Source: Sphaerodactylus townsendi | Taxonomy: Eukaryota | Length of the DNA stretch: 64,000 nucleotides | Direction: 5' to 3' | Assembly: GCF_021028975.2 (NCBI RefSeq) | Contig: NC_059426.1 | Span: 79,298,001 to 79,362,000 of the forward strand | In this document: positions 35,301-41,785 of the stretch, in pieces | Layout of the letters: every line of letters begins with the position of its first letter | Position numbering within the stretch: the stretch's first letter is position 1 | The notes under the pieces: generated by a model | What the model was told of the DNA's origin: nothing | Seen by the model: only the letters and a program-made list of their open reading frames with translations | Database searches by the model: none | Made by a program: the position numbers and the translations under genes

Positions 35301-37702
35301 GCTCCGGCATCGCAGGGCAGGGTGGGGCGTGTCCCCAGGATGGCCCTTGTGGTCTCGTCCTACTCTATGATTTCATGACCCAGCCCAGCACTGTGAAATG
35401 GCCCATATTTTTCCCGTGTTGAGGCTGCCTGGTGAAAGCTGAAGGGGGGCAAACAAAGGTAGGTTGGCCACTAGGTGGGAAGTAGAGGAGGATGCTGGGA
35501 AAAGGGAGAGGCTATAGGGGCTTTCAGGGAAGGGAAAGAGGAAATAGTTGGGAAAAAGTGAATGAGACATCTCATCCTACAAGTCCTTGTAGGACTTCCA
35601 CTTGTTTAGTTTATTTTTGTTCTTTGTTGAGAACTATCCTAAAAATTATGTTCAGACTATTTTCTTCATTTGATATTAGAGTAGCACTGAACTGACTTGT
35701 TACAGTTAAGTAGTTAATTATATTAATTCACATTAATAAATTAATATATTGATTTTAATATTATGTTATTATATTACTGCTAATGTCAGTTGGTCTTGTA
35801 ATTATTTCTAGTAAGGTAAATATAAATAGCATTGAATTTGATGCTGGTGTTTCAGAATCTTTTCATTTTCAGGTTATGTCTTGTCACATAACTGCTCAAT
35901 TAATCGAAGGAGACAATATGTTGCTCATAAGCGATGTAAATCAGCCACACCTATCTTGGTATCCTCCTGCAACGGATCATGCAGCACTTACTCTGTGTAA
36001 GTCAGAGATTCCAACTCACTGAGCATACTTTTTCTGTATAGCATAACAGAAAAACACAAAAAAAATCCCTTTTTTCTGGGCAGGAAATTTATTAGCAATT
36101 GGAGTATACTGACAACATTGCTAAGGCATGGTTATGGCAATTCATATCTGGGGGGGAATGTCTGAACTTGTAGTGACAAGCAAATCAAGCAAATCCCTCT
36201 AGACTTTTTACACATGGGTTTGAAGTGATCACACAAGTAATTTACTATCCTCCCCTAATCTTAAGTGATCAGTTGATCTGTCATGAGTCCAAGGCTGTGC
36301 AAATTAGTAATCGACTTCCACATGATTAGCATTTGATTTGAAAAATCAAAGGCCATTTTCTGATGTGAATATATTCTAGAGACTATCTTACTTTTCACTT
36401 AATAGTACAGACAACTGAAGGGAACTTTCTGAATGCTAATCATGTGGAAGTGAATCAAATGGGTAGAAGACTACACTTGCATGATCTCTCTTTCCCATGC
36501 AAGATGGGGTCAGTTTATTGTTAGAATGACTCTGTTTGATCTTTGGTGTTCCGCAAAGAAGGCTCAAGACAACGGAAATACCCAGGAATTCAAAATCTGA
36601 GTGCATGGTGTGTGGAGGAAAAGATGGGGATAGAGAATGATAGAAGCATGTAGATTTAATCTGTATATTGAATCAAGTGGTGCTCAGGGCTGTTTACATA
36701 TAAATAACATTAAAAAGTACAAGGAAATGATCATTCAAACGTGGGGAAGCATCTGGGGGTTGAAGATGTTTGGGTACATATTTAAAAGATAAAGAGAAAC
36801 ACAGAGATCCAAAAAGTAAAATGTTATGTGCTGAGAGACTCTCAATAACTTGTCATAATAGCTTAGTAACTTAATGACAGAAAAGAAATTTTCAAACTTC
36901 TAAGGTATCAGAAGCAACCAGATGCTGAATGAAGCAAGAGGTTTGTAGGTTCAGGATCTCAAACTATTACACCACATACAACTATCACACATCATACAAC
37001 TATGCAATGGGGTACTGCTCTTGCTCCTTCCTCTGTAAAAATGGGAGACATATCTCCATTCACAGAAGTCCCTTTTACAGTATGTTGCAAACTTCAGGAT
37101 CTACATGGGACACCACATTTCTGTCACCCCAACAAATCCATAAAACAGAAAAGGAAATGAAAATATAGATTCCTAAATTGGGTCATGTATCTGTTAGAGA
37201 CTCTTGCCTCTTCCCCTTCTGCTAATCATGGCAATGGTTTATTTAATGCATGCATTTTATTGGGCATATTTGTCAAACTATCCACAGACACATACAAATA
37301 TGTTCATTATTTGGGGGGAGACAGAAAGGATAGTAGAAGTTCAGGCTCCATCCTTCCTTCTCTCAATTTGCCATGGAAAATCAAGGGAGAGGAAAGTTCA
37401 ACTTGGGTAAAATCAAAGCCATGAATAGCTGTGGTTTCCATTGGTTAAAAGTGAAAAAAAAGCTAAAATCTGTTTGAATACAGACATGTTGAAATATCAA
37501 TCAAAATATTTTGCCTATATGCTTTCCCCCGTTCAGGTATTCCTTTGTCACCAACAAAATGAAGCATCAGTGCACCTGTTGTCATGCGACAAAATATCGT
37601 AAAATGAAGACAGAACTGATTTGCAGGGGAAGGAGACGACTCAGATACACATATCTTCATATTGAAGAATGTGGTTGTGTTGAGACAATATGTCCTACAT
37701 AA
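1934..37702 (+). CDS. MUC5B: PTS-less gel-forming mucin, ovomucin alpha-subunit-like (usually labelled 'mucin-5B-like'); 3' 23 coding exons, 5' end lies upstream of the window
   Basis: 23 exons with AG/GT boundaries and matching phases join into one open frame of 2994 nt ending in TAA at 37700-37702. Domain order is C8-TIL (D3), linker, VWD4 ([14 protein letters not shown]), C8, TIL, VWC repeats, CTCK. Collinear with chicken ovomucin alpha as recalled from memory. The symbol reflects the database label for chicken ovomucin alpha; it is probably not the 1:1 orthologue of mammalian MUC5B. Confidence 0.88.
2216..2646 (+). mobile_element. tRNA-derived SINE with L2-like 3' end, interrupted by a MITE
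   Basis: A box tggtgtaatggtt, B box ggtttgattccc, body gtgaccttgggttagtcac, tail gagagaaaggggttataaat(ctt)n. Confidence 0.85.
2412..2552. mobile_element. PIF/Harbinger-like MITE nested in the SINE
   Basis: ~38-bp TIRs ggccccttccgcacacgcaaaataatgc / ggctcattccgcacatgcagaataatgc; 3-bp flanks AAT at 2409-2411 and 2553-2555. Confidence 0.82.
2647..3020 (+). mobile_element. old L2 3' fragment
   Basis: RSASQNQL...RLMMTRD resembles the L2 ORF2 end (RSAEANLL...RLASTRAR at ~42200); AT-rich 3'UTR and degenerate terminus. Confidence 0.55.
3357..3408. repeat. 16/17-bp tandem repeat (tgtttatggtgcacgt)x3
   Basis: read directly. Confidence 0.85.
3592..3720 (+). CDS. mucin exon B, TIL-3 (PVFCDYFNSPNKKEWHYKPCGDACLRTCRNCAGRCGNLPYSLEG)
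   Basis: aatgcag|CT ... GAAG|gtaagt; 129 nt, phase 1 to 1. Confidence 0.95.
4886..6013 (+). mobile_element. solo LTR (ERV/Gypsy type), ~1.1 kb
   Basis: starts TGTAA, ends TAACA, flanked by AAGT at 4882-4885 and 6014-6017; TATA-like ttataaaa ~5502 and AATAAA 5981-5986. Confidence 0.65.
6657..6741 (+). CDS. mucin exon C (GCYPQCGGDKPYYDEEKRECVSASKCTLC)
   Basis: aaatag|GC ... TTGTG|gtaagt; 85 nt, phase 1 to 2. Confidence 0.93.
7318..7355 (+). CDS. mucin mini-exon D (CEPEEKLSLKDST)
   Basis: tttcccccccag|T ... ACTG|gtaaga; 38 nt, phase 2 to 1; needed to keep the frame; resembles the ovomucin 'CNPEEKLC' segment (recalled). Confidence 0.85.
8888..8983 (+). CDS. mucin exon E, short Thr/Pro linker + CYC (GNKAVLPTTLPATTKITVAPCYCSVNGKLITSG)
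   Basis: cttttag|GA ... AGTG|gtaaga; 96 nt, phase 1 to 1. Confidence 0.88.
9928..10187 (+). CDS. mucin exon F (SSEFVTMDTSDWCIYAFCNMSCQIEF...GCTNLNPPRK)
   Basis: tttttag|GC ... AAG|gtgagc; 260 nt, phase 1 to 0; ends in the typical pre-D4 'PPRK'. Confidence 0.93.
11539..11716 (+). CDS. mucin exon G (FQESWKFGSCQVATCLG...GCCEVFECQC)
   Basis: caacag|TTT ... CAGT|gtaagt; 178 nt, phase 0 to 1. Confidence 0.95.
12500..12551. repeat. 26-bp tandem duplication (tgaaatactaatgtgcaaagtaacat)x2
   Basis: read directly. Confidence 0.85.
13710..13830 (-). mobile_element. solo Penelope pseudo-LTR fragment with hammerhead motif (G12 mutated)
   Basis: matches the 22330-22443 repeat; 11-bp TSD agctcagtgta at 13699-13709 and 13831-13841. 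Confidence 0.85.
14100..14175 (+). mobile_element. possible Rex1/Babar LINE 3' tip
   Basis: aattttgttgtgcgtgcacaatgacaataaa followed by a (atgctt)n tail, a terminus typical of Rex1-like elements (recalled). Confidence 0.4.
14462..14712 (+). CDS. mucin exon H, start of VWD4 ([29 protein letters not shown]...)
   Basis: tttccag|GT ... CTG|gtaaga; 251 nt, phase 1 to 0; VWD signature HY.TFDG. Confidence 0.96.
15725..15908 (+). CDS. mucin exon I, VWD4 (VLFNNKEIVPSYSQEGI...FYNNIEGQCG)
   Basis: ttttaaag|GTT ... TGTG|gtaagt; 184 nt, phase 0 to 1; not in the ORF track. Confidence 0.94.
16668..17059. mobile_element. non-autonomous hAT DNA transposon
   Basis: TIRs cag(a/t)ggtgggatcc; exact 8-bp TSD acttcctc at 16660-16667 and 17060-17067; CpG-rich interior. 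Confidence 0.9.
17190..17486 (-). mobile_element. tRNA-derived SINE (same family as 60041-60335)
   Basis: reverse complement aligns end-to-end with 60041-60335; TSD cataag at 17184-17189 and 17487-17492. Confidence 0.9.
17855..18062 (+). CDS. mucin exon J (GTCTNKKTDDAMKRNG...SICKLIW)
   Basis: ttgtcag|GT ... ATCTG|gtaagg; 208 nt, phase 1 to 2. Confidence 0.95.
19361..19398. repeat. (TG)19 microsatellite
   Basis: read directly. Confidence 0.97.
19463..19641 (+). CDS. mucin exon K, C8-4 (NLTECHTAVPPRPYYEACVMDGC...ICVDWRSKTRGKC)
   Basis: gaacaag|G ... TGTG|gtgagt; 179 nt, phase 2 to 1. Confidence 0.94.
20080..20351 (+). mobile_element. L2 3'UTR/terminus with expanded (TAAA)n tail
   Basis: caccgccctgagcccttcgggggagggcggtctataaa followed by a long TAAA run (~20293-20351). 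Confidence 0.8.
20520..20559. repeat. (CAC)n microsatellite
   Basis: read directly; source of the spurious poly-Thr ORF. Confidence 0.95.
21794..21863 (+). CDS. mucin exon L, TIL-4 start (EFTCPQDQIYKPCGKMERLTCYNR)
   Basis: tcacag|AA ... AATAG|gtgagt; 70 nt, phase 1 to 2. Confidence 0.92.
21990..22479 (+). mobile_element. 5'-truncated Penelope-like element (Poseidon type): inverted partial pseudo-LTR + GIY-YIG C-terminus + pseudo-LTR
   Basis: 12-bp TSD ggatcttaccag at 21978-21989 and 22480-22491; ~110-bp inverted repeat 21990-22100 vs 22331-22443; peptide HQDNFNKKEETLKISKAWLPVLKN resembles the end of the PLE endonuclease. Confidence 0.88.
22350..22390 (+). ncRNA. minimal type I hammerhead ribozyme motif (PLE-associated)
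   Basis: CCU-CUGAAGA-U-GCC[agccacagaugca]GGC-GAAA-U-GUU-AGG: both conserved core boxes, helix I CCU/AGG, helix II GCC/GGC, loop-less helix III, NUH = GUU. Confidence 0.72.
22552..22690 (+). mobile_element. Sauria-type SINE 3' half with RTE-derived tail
   Basis: gctggctgaccttgggccagtcac body followed by ggcaatggcaaatcac...cctgaaaaccctatgg. Confidence 0.6.
24576..24700 (+). CDS. mucin exon M (KSAVSTNPSQ...TEGCFCPEGMVQLNDHDSICVPSC)
   Basis: cccacag|A ... TGTG|gtaaga; 125 nt, phase 2 to 1. Confidence 0.94.
25137..25168 (+). CDS. mucin mini-exon N (GCIGPDGLHKQ)
   Basis: ttgtag|GG ... CAG|gtaagg; 32 nt, phase 1 to 0; the conserved GC.GPDG mini-exon of mucins. Confidence 0.92.
26788..26965 (+). 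CDS. mucin exon O, VWC (LGEIWEKDCQICTC...DPCCTETVC)
   Basis: atgcag|CTA ... TGTG|gtaagt; 178 nt, phase 0 to 1. Confidence 0.95.
27186..27290 (+). CDS. mucin exon P (ECDVRSCTVPKKECNPGFQLVIATSEDECCTIYSC)
   Basis: ttacag|AA ... TGTG|gtgagt; 105 nt, phase 1 to 1. Confidence 0.94.
27886..28025. other. assembly gap (140 N)
   Basis: run of N within the intron between exons P and Q. Confidence 0.99.
28906..29205. mobile_element. PIF/Harbinger-like MITE related to 2412-2552, split by a Penelope insertion
   Basis: TIR core tgcacatgcagaataatgc...ttcaatccactttca at both ends. Confidence 0.78.
28995..29156 (+). mobile_element. Penelope pseudo-LTR with short inverted 5' piece; hammerhead motif 29044-29084 (G12 mutated)
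   Basis: 11-bp TSD ttgtgaaagtg at 28984-28994 and 29157-29167; sequence matches 22340-22465. Confidence 0.85.
29845..29885 (+). CDS. mucin mini-exon Q (VPKGVCVSKGIEYQ)
   Basis: cttacag|TA ... CAG|gtaagg; 41 nt, phase 1 to 0. Confidence 0.93.
30273..30395 (+). CDS. mucin exon R, VWC (PGSMVSLNPCEDCVCT...KCPTECQQ)
   Basis: cttttaag|CCT ... CAG|gtaagt; 123 nt, phase 0 to 0. Confidence 0.94.
30723..30912. mobile_element. older Penelope inverted pseudo-LTR pair with degenerate hammerhead on the - strand
   Basis: ctggctgctgtgggttttctggg ... cccaaaaaacccacaatagccag inverted ends; ggcatcttcagagg core. Confidence 0.65.
31430..31525 (+). CDS. mucin exon S (GFHYIREEGKCCGKCEQVACIAQFSSGTVVVE)
   Basis: tctttag|GGT ... 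GAG|gtatat; 96 nt, phase 0 to 0. Confidence 0.94.
32330..32825 (-). mobile_element. old L2 3' fragment
   Basis: - strand peptide FSFGPAWWNTLSPETWVLQDVMQSHRACKMEMF parallels the L2 end APAWWNALPPAVRALRDLQEFRRACKTELF. Confidence 0.8.
33345..33660 (+). mobile_element. old L2 endonuclease fragment
   Basis: WALRFSRLIALRDFNVHV parallels WALRYPRLIVLGDFNVHV of the 42367-44964 ORF. Confidence 0.8.
34117..34245 (+). CDS. mucin exon T (VGEFYKDPRDNCTRYTC...DQSYCVP)
   Basis: aatcag|GTG ... CCA|gtaagt; 129 nt, phase 0 to 0. Confidence 0.94.
34632..34671 (+). CDS. mucin mini-exon U (GTIEPTPDGCCQTC)
   Basis: aaacag|GGA ... ACGT|gtaagt; 40 nt, phase 0 to 1. Confidence 0.92.
35098..35403. mobile_element. 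CpG-rich PIF/Harbinger-like MITE
   Basis: ends ggccatttccgcac / gtgaaatggcc; TTA on the left; internal 15-bp hairpin 35121-35159. Confidence 0.7.
35873..35996 (+). CDS. mucin exon V, cystine knot N-half (YVLSHNCSINRRRQYVAHKRCKSATPILVSSCNGSCSTYSV)
   Basis: ttttcag|GT ... TCTGT|gtaagt; 124 nt, phase 1 to 2; CxGxC knot motif. Confidence 0.94.
37537..37702 (+). CDS. mucin terminal coding exon W, cystine knot C-half (YSFVTNKMKHQCTCCH...EECGCVETICPT*)
   Basis: gttcag|G ... TAA; 166 nt, phase 2; CxCC and CxC motifs. Confidence 0.96.
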
Positions 37703-38867
37703 AGCAAGGAATCAAACGCACTGGGGGAACAAACATTTTCTTTAAAAGCACACTATATGTCTGGAAATGCTTCATGGCAGCCATGGGAACTTCACTGCAC
37801 TGCAAAGCCAATTTTTCTTGTAATGTCGGATATTCAGAATTATGTTTAAAAGTGATTCAATGCTGTAATATTCTCTCTCACTTTGATTTATCCAGGAAAC
37901 TGGACAATTAATGAGAGAACCATGCCTAGAATATTTGTCAAGCCATACTTACTCATTCTTCTCTTTTCTCTTGGAATTACCTCACCTAAATTAGTTGCAG
38001 TATACATTCATGTATTTCATTCCAAAAGGCTTTACAAACAAGAACTATAGTACTTGATTGATTTTTAAAAAATCATATCTTTCCCAGATGATTGGTCAGT
38101 GTGTAAATTACACCTTGACTACAAATTTAAGAAGAAAGCTTTCAGCTTAAAGATGCAGGATACTGGAGTAAAGAACAATCAACCACATCCATCATAGAGT
38201 TTGATACATTTATGAAGGATAATCTGGTACCTCTGCTCTGGTACCTCTGTTCACTCAGCAGTGTCAGCAGAAGAGTTTGTTTGTTCATGTGTGTGTGCAC
38301 GCACATGCGTTTGTATGATCTTGATATACAACTTATAAGTGGGAACCCATGAGACTCATGGTGACGGACCTATTTTTCCCCTTTCTGCTGGCCAGGCCAG
38401 CCACTTGCCAGGCAGAGCCACCCTAGAAGTGCTGCTGCTCCCCTTACCCCTCGCTGCCCACCTTCTTCACCCTCCCCACTGAGGTAAATTGCAATTGTCT
38501 GCAATTGTGCAGGCAATATGTTTCTTTATCTGGGGGAGTATTAACCGCCCCCTTCCATTTGTGTAAGGTGGTAAGATGTTTCTGCAAATTCAGTGGTTCC
38601 CTGGAATTTGTAGAAAAAGGTTCCACTGAACATGGCCTCACATGCTAACTATAGCAATGTACATGGTACCCAGGTCCAGAATACGTAATAATTAGAATAT
38701 ATAATAATTAGGAATACATACATACATACATAGATACCCACCTCTGTCACCTCCAAACATATCTTTTGATGTAAAAAGGGCTACCATAATTAGATCCAGG
38801 ATTTTGTACCAAAGAATATTTCGCTGAGTGGAAGAGCTTTTCCCATACTCACTGGGAATGCTATCAA

Positions 38868-39060
38868 GTCATATCTGGCTTATGGCAAACTGAAAAGATT
38901 TTCAAGGCAAGAGGGGTTCGGAGATGGTTTGCCAATTCCTGCCTTCACGTGGGATCCGTGACTGGCCCAAGGTCACCCAGCAGGCATCATGTGGAGGAAG
39001 GAGGAATCGAACCTGGTTTTCCACATACCATTCTTAACCACTACACCACACTGGCTCTCT
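38868..39060 (-). mobile_element. tRNA-headed SINE with RTE-type tail (Sauria SINE-like)
   Basis: - strand: tggtgtagtggttaag A box, ggttcgattcc B box, gctgggtgaccttgggccagtcac body, ggcaaacc...cttgccttgaaaat...gccataag tail. Confidence 0.7.
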
Positions 39061-39184
39061 CATACATACCTTTACATATTTATTACAGCTTGTCTAACTG
39101 GCATGTTTGAAGTTGGGACAAAATGTTCTTGTAACTTCATTTTCCCAGCAGCTTCAGCATATTTCGCTAGAAGTGTTTCCTTGA

Positions 39185-39395
39185 AGCCCTGACTTGGATG
39201 GCCCAAACCAACCCATTCTGGTCAGATCTCAGAAGCTAAACAGGGTCAGCTTTGGTTAGTACTTGAATAGAAGACCTTCAAGGAAGTCAAGGGTTGCTTT
39301 GCAGAGGCAAATAATGCCAAACAACCTCTTCTTGTTTCTTGCCTTGCATATCCTACAGGGTCACCATAAGTCAACTGGAACTTTAATGGCACTTC
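39185..39395 (+). mobile_element. 5S rRNA-derived SINE with RTE-type tail
   Basis: gtcagatctcagaagctaaacagggtcagctttggttagtacttgaatagaagacc resembles the 5S rRNA internal promoter region (gatctcggaagctaagcagggtcgggcctggttagtacttggatgggagacc); then aatgccaaacaacctc...cttgccttg...gggtcaccataagtc. Confidence 0.8.
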
Positions 39396-41754
39396 CTACT
39401 GCCACCATTTCCTTGAAACATCATGTTGTCTAAATTGCACAGATGGATATGACAGAAGTGTCTGCATGGGAGCAGAAGGTTGAGAAGAAAGATGCATACC
39501 AGACTGTTCAAAATTCCAGCAATCAGCTGTTGTGCCATAACTTAGTGAGCTGGTATGATGGTATCCAAGAAAAGGCATAAACCTCACCTATCTCATGCAT
39601 TCATTGAGCAATACTCTCACCTGTAGGTGGCAATATAGATCAGACCTAAGGATATTAATATCCTTCCACAATGCACCCTGATCAAGATGATGCAGATATC
39701 TCCTCAGCATTTGCAAGTGGTACATTGAACAGGCTCTGTAAACTGGGCTGTATTTACCACCACTCATTGGAGAATGACATGGTGCCAACAACAGCATTAC
39801 CATGCCATTTTCCTATCTTCTATGACCCTAGTTCAGCCTCTAGATCTATAGCCAGTGGTGGGACTTAGCTAGTCCCAGCCAAGACTCCATGAGAACCTCC
39901 ACAGAAAGGGGACCTACAAAAGTAGACTCCAATCCCACTACAGTTCCTGTAGTTCTTGACCCCATGTTTCCACCCCAATCCCTCCTCTGGTAATTGGTTG
40001 CTGTATAGTAATTGCGCATTCTATCTCTTGTATAATAATTTATGTGAGCAGCTGCACATATCCAGGGTGTAGGAGTAATGCTAATTCACATTCCCAGACA
40101 AGGACAAGAGAGCTGCACTATTGGTGGGGGAAAAAACATTCAAAGATGCCATGGATTGTTACAAAGATTCACATAAGTGCATCTCAGGAAAATGTCAGTT
40201 AACCTTGTTCACATACAATCTTATGCAGTGCACAACCCATGTTTTTTTCTTTATGTGTGCATTGAGTTAGTTCTGATGTCATATTCAACTGTGTATAGCT
40301 GAATGTGTGATTCAAACACCACATTTATCCATGTATTGATCCCAATTTAATTTGGAAAGGGAATTCCTGTGCCTTTTTTCCCCTGAAAATGGATATGCAG
40401 GACACATGAGCATTCACTGTAACACATGAACAGGGCTTTTAAGTTTTAAATTTGAAACTTGATTGACCAAAATTTGATGGAGAATCCTCAGTAAGTACTT
40501 TTTACAATAACATTTCAATGCTATTTTGTTATTTACAATTTGCATACATAATTTTATTATTCAGCACCATGGGGTCGATAGCAAATGTGAATACTTAAAA
40601 TATATGGATAATAGAGGAGGCACTCTAGGTATGTGCTTTTAAATGTGTGGGTTATGAATCTGTGGTCTCAACCTTCCAGAAGAAAAAGGTACATATTTTC
40701 AAAACTTGCTACTTCCCTTTTGCCAGCAGGTGTCATGCCAGCCACACCAGTATGGAAGAAAATCAATTATTCCAACCAATGTTTAAAAAGTAGTGGGTGT
40801 GAGCATATCAGAGTATGTGAGATTAAAAGGATCTATTCGTGCGCCTTTGAGAATGGTGTACAAGGCATGGGGGAAAGTAATGCAATACAAGTAGAAACAG
40901 TACTTGGTGCTACTTTTCCTTGTAGGCAAACCTTCAGGGCACTGTAGTCTTCTCAGAGGGAAAATAGCCATGAAACAAAAGAGCTGTGATTAGAATCCTC
41001 CCATAGTTTTTATAAAGCTAATTCGTTGCGCCAGTCAAATCCAGAATTTCATGAGCTGACGGGGTGGGTACATAGACTACCAGTGCCCTATAATAATTGC
41101 TCCGAACAAAGTTATTTAATAACTATAAAATCTGCTAAAAGCAATCCTCAGAGTCCACGAGGCATACTTTCCCTCTCTGAAATGACATTTTTAAGTGTTG
41201 TTAAAGGAGAGTTCATTTTTAGGGGTGTACACCATTTTTTCTGCTTTTTTTTGGATTCAAGTTTATTGGACCTAAAAATTTTCTGAAAAGTCAAAAAATC
41301 CAAATATTCATATTTGTCAGTGTTTTTTTTCAAATATCTGAAACACTTCAGTTCAATTAACATTTATGGAGAATATTTTTGGGACTTGGGGAGGGCTGTT
41401 TTTCACAGTAGAGGGACTAAATTTGCAGCATAGCTGTATGCGACTCTCTTGAGAAGAAGCCCCATGTTTGGTGAAGTTTGGGTCAGGCAGGCAGTCCAAT
41501 TTTATGAGCTCTCAAACCCTAAACCCATTTTCCAAAGTACCTTTCAATTGTTTCTAATGGAACATGGGGCACCCTTTTGGGGGGGCCCATAAAATTGGAC
41601 TCCTTTACCCAAACTTCCAACCTGGCAGTTCTTCTGAGGAGAGTCACCTGTAGCTATGCTGCAAATTGTGGTCCCTCCACCTTGAAAAACAGCTCTCCCT
41701 GAGGCCACAAATTTCCTCATAGACTTCAATGGGCCAGTGTCACACCAAAGTATC

Positions 41755-41756
<2 letters not shown>

Positions 41757-41785
<29 letters not shown>

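Noticed and set aside
37698-38200. Poly(A) signal of the mucin gene
   Set aside because: No canonical AATAAA seen shortly after the stop; only variants (CATAAA over the stop, AGTAAA near 38167), so the 3' end is not called.
39208-39280. 5S rRNA gene
   Set aside because: Partial, diverged and fused to an RTE-type tail, so it is a SINE head rather than an rRNA gene.
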